Positions 21,601 to 32,514 of a stretch of 64,000 bases of DNA are shown here, piece by piece; position 1 is the first letter of the stretch, and each line of letters begins with the position of its first letter. Source of the DNA: an uncultured cyanobacterium (lineage in GTDB: Bacteria; Cyanobacteriota; Cyanobacteriia; Cyanobacteriales; CAWCAG01). The notes under the pieces were generated by a model, which did no database searches, was not told the origin of the DNA, and saw only the letters and a program-made list of their open reading frames with translations. Location of the stretch: NCBI GenBank assembly GCA_963793425.1, contig CAWCAG010000009.1, positions 288,001 through 352,000 of the forward strand. The letters are read 5' to 3'. A program made the position numbers and the translations under genes.

Positions 21601-23326
21601 ATGCCAGAAATGGGTTGCTTTTCTTTTTCTCCTACAAAGCCGCCGTTGTCGTACCAAAGGGCTGGCAAACCGTGACCAACCAAGACGCGATCCCCTACTC
21701 TTTCTTCCCTGTCACTTCTGACGTTATCTGGGTTAGTAGCTGCGGGGTAAAGTTTAGTGCCATTGGTATTCAGGGCCAGAGTACTGAAACCAGTCCCAGT
21801 TTTGCCGTCACCGGGGTTGAAAGGAAACATCAACTGATCTAGCGGACGCATATCGTCCCCTGTCCCTACTACGTCTATAGTTACTGGATCTACTGCCCCC
21901 GCAGGAACCTCAGCAAAAGGAACTCGGCGAGTACGGTTACGGAAATAGACATCCATTGCTTTCCTCCTTGCTTCAGCAGGAGTTAAGCCGTTTTCCTCTT
22001 CTTCTTGTTGTTTATCTTTAACATCTTCAGGATCTGGAGCTTTAGTAAGTCCTATATCCACTAAGTCACTAATGCGGTTTTCATAAGCTTCGGTATTATA
22101 AGCTAATAAGTCTGAAGCCTGTGTGACACTTTTATTGGTAGGACTTAAAGCATCATTTTTTTGAGTAACGTTATTTTTTTTATAAAGGTCAGCTTTAATG
22201 TTATTAGCAGGAGGGCTAGCTGCACCAATTCTGCCGTAACCTAAATTACCCCCAATAACAATCTTGCCGTTTTCTGGCTTATAAAAACAAGAGTCTTCAC
22301 TACTAACTTGATAAAATTCGATAGGAGCGTTTGGATTAGTTCCGTCACCAACATATTACTGTTAGTAAAAATCCGCCCATTAATGCGTAAAGGTGTACCA
22401 GAAACTACATCCAAGTCATCGGTATAAAGGATAGCGTTGTTGGCAGGGGGGATTTCTACCCGATCTTGTTGATACTCCAATACAGAGTAGCTAGGAGTTC
22501 CCCGATAGTCTTCAAAATCCGTAGCGGAAAGACCTAATTCTGCTACATCTGTGATTGGGACAGTAGCCACATAAACAAAAAAGCTTTTCTTTAAATCTCC
22601 ACCAATATCAAACCAATCACTACTGCCCGTTAAACTCGCACTCGTCCCTAAAGCTGCTGCACAAAAGCCCCCCACATCTCCATCATCCATTGGGGCTGTC
22701 CTGGCTTCGATGGGAGTTCTTTCCCTAACATAGTCACCATCAGTACTAGTAGTATCAAAAAGAGGAGTACGAAATACTAAGCTGTAGAGGGTAAAGCTAT
22801 CAAATACGCCGTTATTATCCGTATCTACAGGAAAACGCCAAGCATTGATGGTAGTTTCATCTTCTTTAAGATTGACTGCTGCTTTTCCTATTCCTCCTTC
22901 AATACTTCCCCCACCATCTGCGTCGTAGGCAATTTGTAAGCGAGTCTCATCTTTGAAAGTAAACTTAGACTTCCTAAACTCAGTATTGATAATAATTTCT
23001 GAAGCTGTTCCCCTGGTAGTTGGCGAAGCAAATACCTTTTCCATCTTGGCTTTTGCCCGATCAATAGCAGGCAAAGCAGAGTTGAGGACTACCTGATTAA
23101 CACGGTAGTTACTAGCATTCTTACTCCGATCAAAGGAGCGAATCATAATAGTAGTAGTCAATAAAGCAACTACCAACATCACCATGACAACAGTTGGCAA
23201 AACAAAACCTGCTCTGCTAGAAGAACGACTTCTTGGTGTAGTAAGTCGTAGGCGACGAGCAACCCAGTTGGCAGTTTGTTTAAAGAGTTTTTTGAGAAAG
23301 TTGACTTTCTTTTTCCTACGTGGCAT
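18642..23326 (-). pseudogene. hpsA: Hormogonium polysaccharide biosynthesis protein HpsA-like (about 1550 aa), broken by about 7 frameshifts
   Basis: AGFVLPTVVMVMLVV..IRSFDRSKNASNYR N-terminus, GGLRVVTGAG, SNLPVYVKGDFNLH, NISGSFIQLKRS, RNWGFDVGLLSQ; fragments join by small shifts near 22342, 19875, 19777, 19566, 19490, 19470 and 19089. Confidence 0.8.
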
Positions 23327-23693
23327 AGTAGCGTTCCTGTCAGGCTTAAGAAATTGAGGTAATTAGTAAATAGAAAATTTTAGTAATATAATCCTTTTGC
23401 AAGATGAAAAAGGCAATTGCTTTTCTCTTGCAGAATTTAATTTAGATTGTGAATGAGTTTTTTTTTAGATTAACAAAACTAGTTTGAAATATTGGGTCAG
23501 GGCTATAATTTTTCCTCCCCAAATAATTCAGCTATTTTTTTGCTGCCAATATCTTGCCCAGCTAATCCGGCAAATCTATCATACTTATGTATAAATCTTT
23601 CTCTGGTTGTAAGTGGAGAGGGTGAGATGGGGAAATGGGGAGCTAGGAAGCTAGGGGGAGGTAGAAATTTGCCGACCCTACTCCCTATCCTTA

Positions 23694-23930
23694 TTAATGT
23701 TGATTAAGATTAATTCCTGCTTCTTTAGCCATTGTTTGAATACCTTTTTTCTGTAAGGTTTTGATTGCTTTAGTAGAAAGCTTTAACTTCACCCAACGCT
23801 TACCTTCGGCCCACCATACTCTTTTCCATTGCAGATTAGCATTTTGGAGCTTTTTGGTACGGCGATGGGAGTGGGAGACAGCAAAAGCGTTATTAGCTTT
23901 CTTGCCAGTTAGTTGACATTTGCGAGACAT
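23694..23930 (-). CDS. rpmB: 50S ribosomal protein L28
   Basis: [29 protein letters not shown]. Confidence 0.98.
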   Translation of the reverse strand: MSRKCQLTGKKANNAFAVSHSHRRTKKLQNANLQWKRVWWAEGKRWVKLKLSTKAIKTLQKKGIQTMAKEAGINLNQH

Positions 23931-24056
23931 AGCTTTTTCCTTATGATTTTAGAAGATACAATCTTTTATGATACTGAATTGGGGAGCGGTTATCAGTAAT
24001 ATTGGAAGTAGATTGTTATCTTTTTGGAGAAGAGCCTATTTTTCAGGAGATGTGGT

Positions 24057-24182
24057 ATGACGATCAAGACTAATAATCAAAAAAATAGAGTACTCATAGT
24101 TTTTTATGCAGAGACTGGGGAACCTGGATGGAAAGAACGCTTCAATTCTACTGGAAGCTTAACTAACTACATTGAACATTGA
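24057..24182 (+). pseudogene. 41-codon gene fragment (probable N-terminus of a small hypothetical protein)
   Basis: AGGAGA RBS, then MTIKTNNQKNRVLIVFYAETGEPGWKERFNSTGSLTNYIEH*; ends inside an attgaac heptamer array. Confidence 0.4.
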
Positions 24183-24255
24183 ACATTAAACATCGAACAT
24201 TGTTAGGCTGACGGTTGTCGTAGATATTTATAGATAACTGATAACTAATTTGATA

Positions 24256-25542
24256 ATGGTTGATAAAAGACTTACTCTTGCCCTACTATGCTTCGCGATC
24301 GCCCTGAAAATATCCCCAGCAAAAGCAGAGACAAATTCTGCCTGTCCTCTTCATCCTGCCATTAATTACGAAAGTTCCCAAAGAGCAGATTTACGCCGTT
24401 ATCAAGAAGAAGAAAGAACCGAAGAAGAACTTAATCCCCTGGAAATCACCACCACAGATCCTCTTTTACCTAATCCTGCCATAGAACGTCCCCTTAGCCC
24501 TTTAGAACGTAAACGTATTGCTGCGGCTTTGAATGATTTAGATGCCCAAGCTAGGGCAGAGTTGAAGGCAGGAAATAAGGATGAAGCTTTCACTATTTGG
24601 TACAGAGAATTAAGGGTTTGGCGAGAGTTTGGGCGTTTAGAAGAAATTAATGTTTTAGGAAGAGTAGGAGAAATTGCTTTTCAAGAAAACCGTAAACAGG
24701 ATGTGCAAATAATTACCGAACGCTTAGAAATCATCCAAGCAGAAATAGAAAAAGAAGGGGAACTCAGCCCTGATTTACTTCAGGCTTTGGGTAAAGCTTA
24801 TGAACAAGTTAAAGCCCCCGGACAAGCTTTAAATATTTATGAAAAAATCCTCGCTAATGCTAGACAAGTGGGAGATATTACCACAGAAAAAGCGGCTTTA
24901 AATGTTCTTGGCAAGTTTCATTTAGCTTGGTTTGACTATTGCCAAGCTGCTAATACCTATAACGATTTACTCTTTTTGGCACAACAAGAATCAGATACTA
25001 ATCAAGAAGTAGCTTACTTAGAAGACTTGGCTTATATTTACGAACAAGATAAGTTACCATCTAAAAAAATCACCATTCAAAGGCAATTAGAACAACTCTA
25101 TTTTGCCAATCAGAAATACGAAAAACTAGCAAGCTTGAAAATTTCCCTCGGTGATGCTTATGAAACCCTGGAACAACTTGATTTAGCCAGCCAAAATTAT
25201 CAAGAAGCCTTCCAAGCAGCTTGGACAATTCAACAATTTGCCTTAGCTAGTGAAGCTTTCCAAAAATTAGCTCAACTTTATTATGAAAATGGGCAGCCAG
25301 AAGCTGCTATAGAAATTTATCAAGAACTCCTGAAAATCGATAACTATGGCTATAACGATTACAGCCGTATGGAAACTTTTGACAAAATGGCTAAAATCTA
25401 TTTAGAGCAGGAAAATTATCAAAGCGCGCTACAAGCCTATGAAAATGGTTTAGCGATCGCAACTTCTTTAGGTTATCAACAGACTTATTTTCAAACCCAA
25501 ATTGAGCGCCTCAAAGAAAAAATGCCCTTAGAAATTAACTAA
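24256..25542 (+). CDS. Tetratricopeptide repeat protein with signal peptide
   Basis: Signal peptide ending AKA; repeated TPR-like helices (LGKAYEQ, LGDAYETL, LAQLYYE). Confidence 0.85.
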   Translation: MVDKRLTLALLCFAIALKISPAKAETNSACPLHPAINYESSQRADLRRYQEEERTEEELNPLEITTTDPLLPNPAIERPLSPLERKRIAAALNDLDAQARAELKAGNKDEAFTIWYRELRVWREFGRLEEINVLGRVGEIAFQENRKQDVQIITERLEIIQAEIEKEGELSPDLLQALGKAYEQVKAPGQALNIYEKILANARQVGDITTEKAALNVLGKFHLAWFDYCQAANTYNDLLFLAQQESDTNQEVAYLEDLAYIYEQDKLPSKKITIQRQLEQLYFANQKYEKLASLKISLGDAYETLEQLDLASQNYQEAFQAAWTIQQFALASEAFQKLAQLYYENGQPEAAIEIYQELLKIDNYGYNDYSRMETFDKMAKIYLEQENYQSALQAYENGLAIATSLGYQQTYFQTQIERLKEKMPLEIN

Positions 25543-26122
25543 GAAAAGATTTAGCTAATTGCTAGTTGCTAGTTGCTAATTGCTAATAGTTCTCTCCCCA
25601 GTTCCCTAGCTCCCCACCCAAAACCGATTCGGTATCAGTTTAATCAACCAGCCGTTAAGAAACTTTTGCTGATCTTAAATATTCTTCCTGTATATATACT
25701 TAACTAGAGGAGAAATAGCTTGGTTGAGATTATCTCACCTTAGTTCGTCTTTATGGAAAATAAATAGTAAAAAGGAGAAAACTTTAATAAAACAGGGACA
25801 ATAGCCGATTTATGAATATAAGCTTCCCAGGAAACTCGGAAATTCAAGTTTTGGTTTTTGACATAATTTTTTGTTTCGAGAAATAAAAGCCTGTCTTTCT
25901 TGAAGCTTTCTTATAGTTGCTTGCTTCAGCTAATAATGGCTATATACTGTTTTTAACACTTAACTGAGAACGTAGATTCTTGATTATGGGTTAGCTATTG
26001 AAGCTTTTTTCTTACTCACAAATAATTTTCCATTATATGATTGTTAGTACCTAGGAAGTAACGAAAGCCTGACTTAGAGAAGTTTTTAAATTTTCAATTT
26101 GCTGAAACGGAGGAGAAAAAAA

Positions 26123-26383
26123 ATGAAAATCTTAATCGTTATTCTAATTATTGCCCTTAGTAGTACAACTGCTTTAGCGGCAGGACGACAAAATAAACAG
26201 AACTTGAGCAAGAATGTGGATTTTGCTAATTTAAGCAATACCAATCTTGCTCAACTAGATAACTCTTCTGAGGTTGTAAATGAGCCAGGATCTAGGCCCG
26301 AAAATCTAGAAGAAAAGACTTCAACCGCTTATGGAGAGCCAAGTAGAGGAAGTAATTCCACTAAGGGCGGTAGCTCTAGATAA
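26123..26383 (+). CDS. Small secreted protein
   Basis: GGAGGAG RBS, signal peptide MKILIVILIIALSSTTALA, low-complexity body ending GGSSR. Confidence 0.7.
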   Translation: MKILIVILIIALSSTTALAAGRQNKQNLSKNVDFANLSNTNLAQLDNSSEVVNEPGSRPENLEEKTSTAYGEPSRGSNSTKGGSSR

Positions 26384-26442
26384 GCCATCAGGTTTAATTT
26401 TTTGGTTAGAGGTGACAGGAAGAAACCAGAGATAGTTATTCC

Positions 26443-27579
26443 CTAATGAGTTGAAGCAACCAGGAGCTTATCTACTTCTTCAGTAGTTAAATGATTCAAA
26501 TCTGTTAAGCTCTTAATTTTGTTAGTTAAAGCCTTAATTTGGGCTTGGTTTAACTTTAATCCTAATTGGGCAGCACGCTGGGCAACGGCGTGTTTTCCTG
26601 TGAGAGGATGATTAATTAAAAGCGATCGCTGTAAGCTAAAATCGCGAGGATCAAGAATTTCATAAGTACTAGGATTATTTAATATTGCTTTGGTATGAAC
26701 TCCAGCCTTATGGCTAAAAGCGGTTTTGCCAACAATGCAATGGTTAAAAGGAATTTCTACCCCAACTTTATCCGCTACGAATTCATGCAAGACAGGAATT
26801 TGAGCTAAATTATATTTGCGTCTCAATCTTTGAGGATCAAAGGCATAGAGGCAGGCTATCAGCCCCGCTAAGGGTGTAATCCCATTACGTTCCCCAATAC
26901 CTAACACAGTAGTATCAATATGAGTAGCTCCAGCTTCTAGGGCAGCGTAGCTATTAGCAACAGCACAACCAGTATCATTATGTCCATGAAACTCAATGTC
27001 AGTTGAGGAATAATGGCGTAAGGTTTTGACTAATTGGCATACTTGAGCTGGAGTTGCGACACCCACAGTATCAGCGATGCCAAAGCGTTTGACAATTCCT
27101 AACTTATCTAAGGTTAGGTAAACTTTTAGTAGATCATTTATAGAACTTCGGAAAGAGTCTTCTGTAGAAAAACGTATCTCCGTTTGAGGACTCTGCTTAT
27201 GAATGAAATTAATTACTTCTGTGGCGATCCCAATAATATCTTGGATAGTTTTACCATGACTAAACTGACGCAATAAGTAAGAAGTACCAACAAAAAGATT
27301 GACCCCATCAACTTCTGTATCTAAAGCAACTTTGGCATCTTCTAAGTGGCAGCGAATGTGAGTTAACACCTTCGCTTTCAAGCCTAATTTAGTTATATAT
27401 TGACAACTTTGGCGAGATTGAGGAGAAGCATAAGGAGATGTCAGTTCAATATATTCCACACCAAACCGATCTAAAGCTATAGCAATTTCTATTTTATCTC
27501 TTAAAGAGAAATTAGCTCCAACAAACTGTTCTCCTTCTCTAAGGGTAGTTTCAATAATGGCAAAGTTAGTTAAGGGCAT
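26443..27579 (-). CDS. Homocitrate synthase (LysS/Lys20-type DRE-TIM metallolyase)
   Basis: [54 protein letters not shown]; no LeuA regulatory domain. Confidence 0.85.
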   Translation of the reverse strand: MPLTNFAIIETTLREGEQFVGANFSLRDKIEIAIALDRFGVEYIELTSPYASPQSRQSCQYITKLGLKAKVLTHIRCHLEDAKVALDTEVDGVNLFVGTSYLLRQFSHGKTIQDIIGIATEVINFIHKQSPQTEIRFSTEDSFRSSINDLLKVYLTLDKLGIVKRFGIADTVGVATPAQVCQLVKTLRHYSSTDIEFHGHNDTGCAVANSYAALEAGATHIDTTVLGIGERNGITPLAGLIACLYAFDPQRLRRKYNLAQIPVLHEFVADKVGVEIPFNHCIVGKTAFSHKAGVHTKAILNNPSTYEILDPRDFSLQRSLLINHPLTGKHAVAQRAAQLGLKLNQAQIKALTNKIKSLTDLNHLTTEEVDKLLVASTH

Positions 27580-28264
27580 GGCTTTATTCATCCCGAAAGA
27601 CACTATTTTTTTGATGCTTAGCTGTACAAGAAATAGCCTCAGAAACTACCAGCTAAAGGTCAATTTTCTGCATGGTATTAACAGAAAATAAGAGCTTTAA
27701 AAGGGTAAGTGTAAATATGGAAAGGCTTGCTAAACTAATAATCACAACAATTAATTTCTCAATAATCATAGACACAACTTTCTGCAACATAGTTTCTCTG
27801 ACTAAATTGATATTCCTGACAACTGAAATCCACAACTATTTTAAGACAATTACAAAAATGTTTTTTACTACGTCGGCAAACAATCTATTTATTATAAGTA
27901 GAAATTCGAGGCCAATTTTGCTGATGTAAAATTAGTTATTTGGTGTCATAAATAAATCTTCTTAAACTCTGCTACTAAACATCTCCTTCGTTTGCTCATA
28001 AATTCCCCGAAAACGCCTTGATTCAATAAAATAGAGAAATCACACCGCAATTAACAAAAACAAAAAATATTAGGTCGTACATTATGCCAAAAGACCTGAT
28101 AGACATACGTGTATACACCGCTAATCTGCCTGTTTGTCACAAGTTTATATACCAAGATTCTCAAATATTTGCTCTAAACCTCTTCATCTGTCACAGGTTG
28201 GATTGCTGTATCCTTAATATTTTGTTACAAAAGAACTAGAACAGATAGCTAAATTTATAGCCTT

Positions 28265-29056
28265 ATGCTTGGTGGCTTTATTGGTTCCAACAACAACAAA
28301 AGTGCAGATTGGGGAGAAAATATCCTTAACAACGTTGCTAGCAATACAATTCGCCACCTGTTCACTCAGAGTGAATCAGTGGAGGTCGAGGTACGCTGTA
28401 ATCCTTCTAGCAAGCTATTACAGGGTAGTATCGACAGCTTTAAGATGAATGGTAGAGGTTTAGTAATTCGCAAAGATTTCCGCACCGAGGAGATGTCCTT
28501 TGAAACTGATGCTGTCTCTATTGATTTTGGCTCTGTCCTTAAGGGGCAGCTTTCTCTTAAACAACCTACTCAGGCGATCGCCTCAGTTAAATTGACTCAA
28601 GAAGATATTAACAAGGCTTTCTGTGCCGATTTAGTTAGGAAACGTTTAGAGAATTTAGATTCCCCTAGTTTTACTGAACTATCAGGAGGCGAACCAGTTT
28701 CCTTTACCGATGTAGAAATACAATTGTTACCCAAAAATAGGCTCAAACTATTTGCTAAAGCCCATTTACCCAACCGGATCGTACCCGTTAGTTTAAGCTG
28801 TACTTTAGCAATTGCGAAACGGCGGCGTATTCTTTTCCAAGATCCTAAATTTGAAACAGAGGCTGTACCAGAAGATTTACAGGATATATCCAAAATATTG
28901 ACGAACAATTTGGCAGATGTTCTCAATAACATGGTGGATCTCGACCGTTTTAACCTAGATGGAGTAAATTTAAGATTAAATCGTCTAGAAACCCAAGGGC
29001 AAAATCTGCTTTTTAGCGGTTATGCTCAAATAGAACGGATACCCCAAACTGGCTAG
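28265..29056 (+). CDS. DUF2993 (LmeA-like) protein
   Basis: PSSKLLQGSIDSFKMNGRGLVIRKDF, DLDRFNLDG motifs of the cyanobacterial family. Confidence 0.8.
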   Translation: MLGGFIGSNNNKSADWGENILNNVASNTIRHLFTQSESVEVEVRCNPSSKLLQGSIDSFKMNGRGLVIRKDFRTEEMSFETDAVSIDFGSVLKGQLSLKQPTQAIASVKLTQEDINKAFCADLVRKRLENLDSPSFTELSGGEPVSFTDVEIQLLPKNRLKLFAKAHLPNRIVPVSLSCTLAIAKRRRILFQDPKFETEAVPEDLQDISKILTNNLADVLNNMVDLDRFNLDGVNLRLNRLETQGQNLLFSGYAQIERIPQTG

Positions 29057-29063
29057 AAATAAT

Positions 29064-29121
29064 GGGCGACCCAGTTAGACTTTATCTTGTTGATAAATGA
29101 GGAAAAACAGGTCGCCCCTAC
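29064..29121 (-). repeat. REP-like palindromic element (GTAG-GGGCGACC...GGTCGCCC)
   Basis: Terminal inverted repeat preceded by GTAG on the minus strand; related copy at 59672-59734. Confidence 0.6.
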
Positions 29122-29136
29122 ATTGATTATTGAATA

Positions 29137-29754
29137 ATGTTATCCCTTGGTGGACTTGTTCTTGTACCTTTAATCGCTTTTTCTTTAATTGGCATCGCCC
29201 TAATTTTGGAGCGGATTATTTTTTGGTTAAAGATTCAACAAAAACAAAATCGTCTCATCGGAGAGTTTCTCTATCTTTACCAAGATAATCCTCAAACTGC
29301 CTTACCAAAACTTAAGCAAAATAGCCATTTACCTATAGCACGTATTTTTTTAGCAGCTTTAGAATTAGAGCGTCCTACAGCAGAGGAATTTGAACTCGCT
29401 TTAGAAACTGCCGTACAAGCTGAAATTCCTATACTCAAGCGCTTTAACACTGCCTTTGAGACAATAATTGCTGTTGCACCTTTGCTCGGTTTATTAGGGA
29501 CAATTTTGGGATTAATTGAAGCTTTTTCCGCTCTTAAAATTGGTGATATTGCTGCTACGAATACCGCAGGGGTAAGCGGGGGGATCAGTGATGCTTTAAT
29601 TACTACGGCTGTAGGGTTATTAGTCGCTATTATTACCCTCTTGTTTGCTAATCTTTTTCGTAGTTTATATCGCCGTCAGTTAAGCTTAATCCAAAAATAT
29701 GGTGGCCGTCTTGAATTACTTTATCGAAGACAAATTAAACAGTCATCTTTTTAA
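29137..29754 (+). CDS. MotA/TolQ/ExbB proton channel family protein
   Basis: APLLGLLGTILGLI and GISDALITTAVGL transmembrane motifs. Confidence 0.9.
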   Translation: MLSLGGLVLVPLIAFSLIGIALILERIIFWLKIQQKQNRLIGEFLYLYQDNPQTALPKLKQNSHLPIARIFLAALELERPTAEEFELALETAVQAEIPILKRFNTAFETIIAVAPLLGLLGTILGLIEAFSALKIGDIAATNTAGVSGGISDALITTAVGLLVAIITLLFANLFRSLYRRQLSLIQKYGGRLELLYRRQIKQSSF

Positions 29755-29798
29755 TTTTTCCTAACGAAGATCAACAAAGACTTGCTACCAAAGCAATA

Positions 29799-30455
29799 TT
29801 AACTGGAAGTTACTGCTAAGATAATCCCTTGGGGTAATATTCTATGCTCTTGAACTTGGATGCGAGCATGAAGAGTTTCCGAGGTATCATTTGGTAAAAC
29901 AGGTACTGCTGCTTGAATCAAAATTGGTCCGCTGTCTACTTCTAAGCGTACTAAATGTACCGTACAACCCGTAACTTTAACTTTCGCTTCTATGGCTTGT
30001 TCTACGGCTTTTAAGCCACGAAAACTGGGTAAGAGACTAGGGTGGATGTTGATTAGTTTATCGGGGAAAGCATTGATCAGAACTTCAGTCACTACACGCA
30101 TCCAACCTGCCATAACCACCCACTCAACTTGGTATTTCTGAAACGTTTCAACAATGGCTTGATCTAAAGCTTCACGACTAGAATATTTTTGGTGGTCGAG
30201 GAGAAGTGCCGGAATATCAAAATGAGCTGCTCTTAGGGCAGCCTTCGCACTAGGCTGATTATAAATCAAGACGGGTACTTGAGCATTTAACTTTCCCCTT
30301 TGAATAGCCTTCATAATAGCAGCAAAGTTGCTACCGCTTCCTGAAGCCATGATACCTAATTTAATCGGCTTTTTGAGATTCAATTCCTCAGAAGGAAGGT
30401 AGGGAGAAATCAAACTAGGAGAAGAGTTTTCTTGAGTAAGATGATTTACACTCAT
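29799..30455 (-). CDS. purN: Phosphoribosylglycinamide formyltransferase
   Basis: MASGSGSNF, MAGWMR, INIHPSLLPSF, GCTVH, DSGPILIQ. Confidence 0.96.
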   Translation of the reverse strand: MSVNHLTQENSSPSLISPYLPSEELNLKKPIKLGIMASGSGSNFAAIMKAIQRGKLNAQVPVLIYNQPSAKAALRAAHFDIPALLLDHQKYSSREALDQAIVETFQKYQVEWVVMAGWMRVVTEVLINAFPDKLINIHPSLLPSFRGLKAVEQAIEAKVKVTGCTVHLVRLEVDSGPILIQAAVPVLPNDTSETLHARIQVQEHRILPQGIILAVTSS

Positions 30456-30542
30456 GCTAAAGATGCACTCAGAATTAAGCAATAAATAACAATTAATAAG
30501 CTTAACCTATAGCAACAGCTTGTTGTACAAAATTATCAATGT

Positions 30543-31202
30543 TCAATGATAAAAGATAGATGAGCTTACTTGCTGGAAAGATACCCTTGTATAATAAACA
30601 AACCAACTGAGAATACCTAAGAATTTTGCCCCATCCTCTAAGAAAGAACGACCATAAAAGTGGGTAGAATTTTGTAGGAGATCAAAAACAAGGGAAGTTG
30701 CAAAGAAGATTAAAGCGCAAATCAAAATTAAAAATTCAGTTTGTAACCAAAACTTCCTGAAAATCAATAAATGAGCAACAACGAGTGTACCGTAACCTAA
30801 ATATATATTCCTAGTTGTCCAACCAAATAAAGCCACAGCTATATTATGAAGAAGGAAAAAGTCATCGGCTAACAATAATAAGGTAATTAAGCCAGAAGCA
30901 AGGAAGAAGAAGGGAACAATTTTTTTGACAGCAGGTTTAGCTAAAACAGAAGCCGCAAACAAGCAAATTCCTGTTGTTAAAGACCAAAACAGAACACCAA
31001 GTTTAGAAATAAAACCATAATAATAGGGGACAGGAAGTAGAGAAATAGGATTATAAGTAAGAGAATTAATAGAAACCCCTGTTTTCAACTTCAAATAAAT
31101 AATCATAAAAATTGCTGGTAGATAAATAGTCAGCAAAACTATCGCTAATAACCTAAACTGTTTTGTCCAGGTATAGCGATGATGCTTTAATCTTAATTTC
31201 AT
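30543..31202 (-). CDS. Multi-pass membrane protein
   Basis: Several hydrophobic helices, DDFFLLH and EDGAKFLG motifs. Confidence 0.75.
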   Translation of the reverse strand: MKLRLKHHRYTWTKQFRLLAIVLLTIYLPAIFMIIYLKLKTGVSINSLTYNPISLLPVPYYYGFISKLGVLFWSLTTGICLFAASVLAKPAVKKIVPFFFLASGLITLLLLADDFFLLHNIAVALFGWTTRNIYLGYGTLVVAHLLIFRKFWLQTEFLILICALIFFATSLVFDLLQNSTHFYGRSFLEDGAKFLGILSWFVYYTRVSFQQVSSSIFYH

Positions 31203-31286
31203 GCTTAATTTATGATTTGTTTACTACCAAGCTGGTAGAGAGGAACCCTAAAAGCTCTTTATTTCTTGGCGTTGTAATAGTTTTTG

Positions 31287-32474
31287 CTATTTCTTAAGTT
31301 GGTGGGAATACTCACTACGCAAGCTTTGAGCAGCCAAATAAATTTTGCTCCATTCTCCCATTACCTGATAGAGTTTCCAGTTGAGACTTTGAGCGATCGC
31401 CTCAAAACTTTGTTCATCTTGTAAAGCCTCAATTAACTTATGCTGAATAGGATTAAGATTTTGAACAAATTCTTCCCATTGTTTCGGAGTTAGTCCTAGG
31501 TTATGTTCTTTTAAAGAAATTTCTAACCAATTTGCAACTAGTTCCGGCTTACCTTTCAGGGCAAAAACTTTGATAGCATGATAACTAACTTTCTCTCGTA
31601 AGCGATAAACCTGTTTGATTGGCAATTCGAGAATCTTAGCGATCGCATCTTGAGAGCGTCCTTGGAGATAAAGTTGTAACCACAGAGCAGCAGTGGAACT
31701 AATATTATCTTCTAGGTATTTTTCAAATTCCCTCTTAATGTTAGAACGCTGAACTTGTTGTTCTTCCCAATCTTGTGTATCTTGCCAATCAGTTATAGCC
31801 TGGGAGTCGAGCAAGCTGACAGGAGAATCAGATGCTTCTAAAGTGAGTTCTTCAGAAATTAAACGTATAATATCTCCTTGGGGAACTTGCGTCATGCCTC
31901 CTTTCTGGGAACGACGGAGAAAGTTGACAAAACGATAGACAAGGAGTGGTTGATTGCGTATGGGGCGTAAACAATATTCCTCTATAGTGGTAAGCAATAA
32001 AGTATCTCGCAAACGTTCTTCTGTGGTACACTCAGCAATCCAAGCAATCTGCTTTTGGACATAGCGATCGCTATTAAGCATTTCTTGAATTACTTCTTGA
32101 ATAACATCAGCTACTGCCCTTTGGCGATCGCGACTTAGGGCAACCCAAGTACGAATTTTGTTACGCAACATAACCAAAGAACCTAAACGAGTAATTAGGT
32201 TACGGTAAGCTTGAGTTGGAGCGACACCAAAGTAACGTTGCTGAAGGATACGGTAACGGTAATCCATCGCTTGCCGGACAATTCTTGTTTGGTTAGGAGC
32301 CAATCCTTCAAAACGTTTTAAGTCTTCGCCAAGTAACCAACGTACAATACTTTGTAATCTCTGGGGGTTTTGTTGAGGATAATCTTCCTGAAGGCGATCG
32401 CGCCAAGTCTCTTCTAGTTGTGAAGCTAGCTTCGTCATGGGATATGGCTCCTCTAATGCTGGCTTCATTTGCAT
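31287..32474 (-). CDS. HetZ-related protein (HetZ-related protein 2 type)
   Basis: IVRWLLGED, YRYRILQQRY, RNKIRTWVALSRDRQR, HTH-like C-terminal region (YRLREKVSYHA); GGAGA RBS before ATG 32474. Confidence 0.8.
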   Translation of the reverse strand: MQMKPALEEPYPMTKLASQLEETWRDRLQEDYPQQNPQRLQSIVRWLLGEDLKRFEGLAPNQTRIVRQAMDYRYRILQQRYFGVAPTQAYRNLITRLGSLVMLRNKIRTWVALSRDRQRAVADVIQEVIQEMLNSDRYVQKQIAWIAECTTEERLRDTLLLTTIEEYCLRPIRNQPLLVYRFVNFLRRSQKGGMTQVPQGDIIRLISEELTLEASDSPVSLLDSQAITDWQDTQDWEEQQVQRSNIKREFEKYLEDNISSTAALWLQLYLQGRSQDAIAKILELPIKQVYRLREKVSYHAIKVFALKGKPELVANWLEISLKEHNLGLTPKQWEEFVQNLNPIQHKLIEALQDEQSFEAIAQSLNWKLYQVMGEWSKIYLAAQSLRSEYSHQLKK

Positions 32475-32514
32475 AACACAATCTCCATTCTTCCCATATG
32501 CTAACAATTTTGAG

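Noticed and set aside
18642..23326. Programmed frameshifting or phase variation in hpsA
   Set aside because: Too many shifts, at very short runs without slippery heptamers; sequencing error or decay explains them better.
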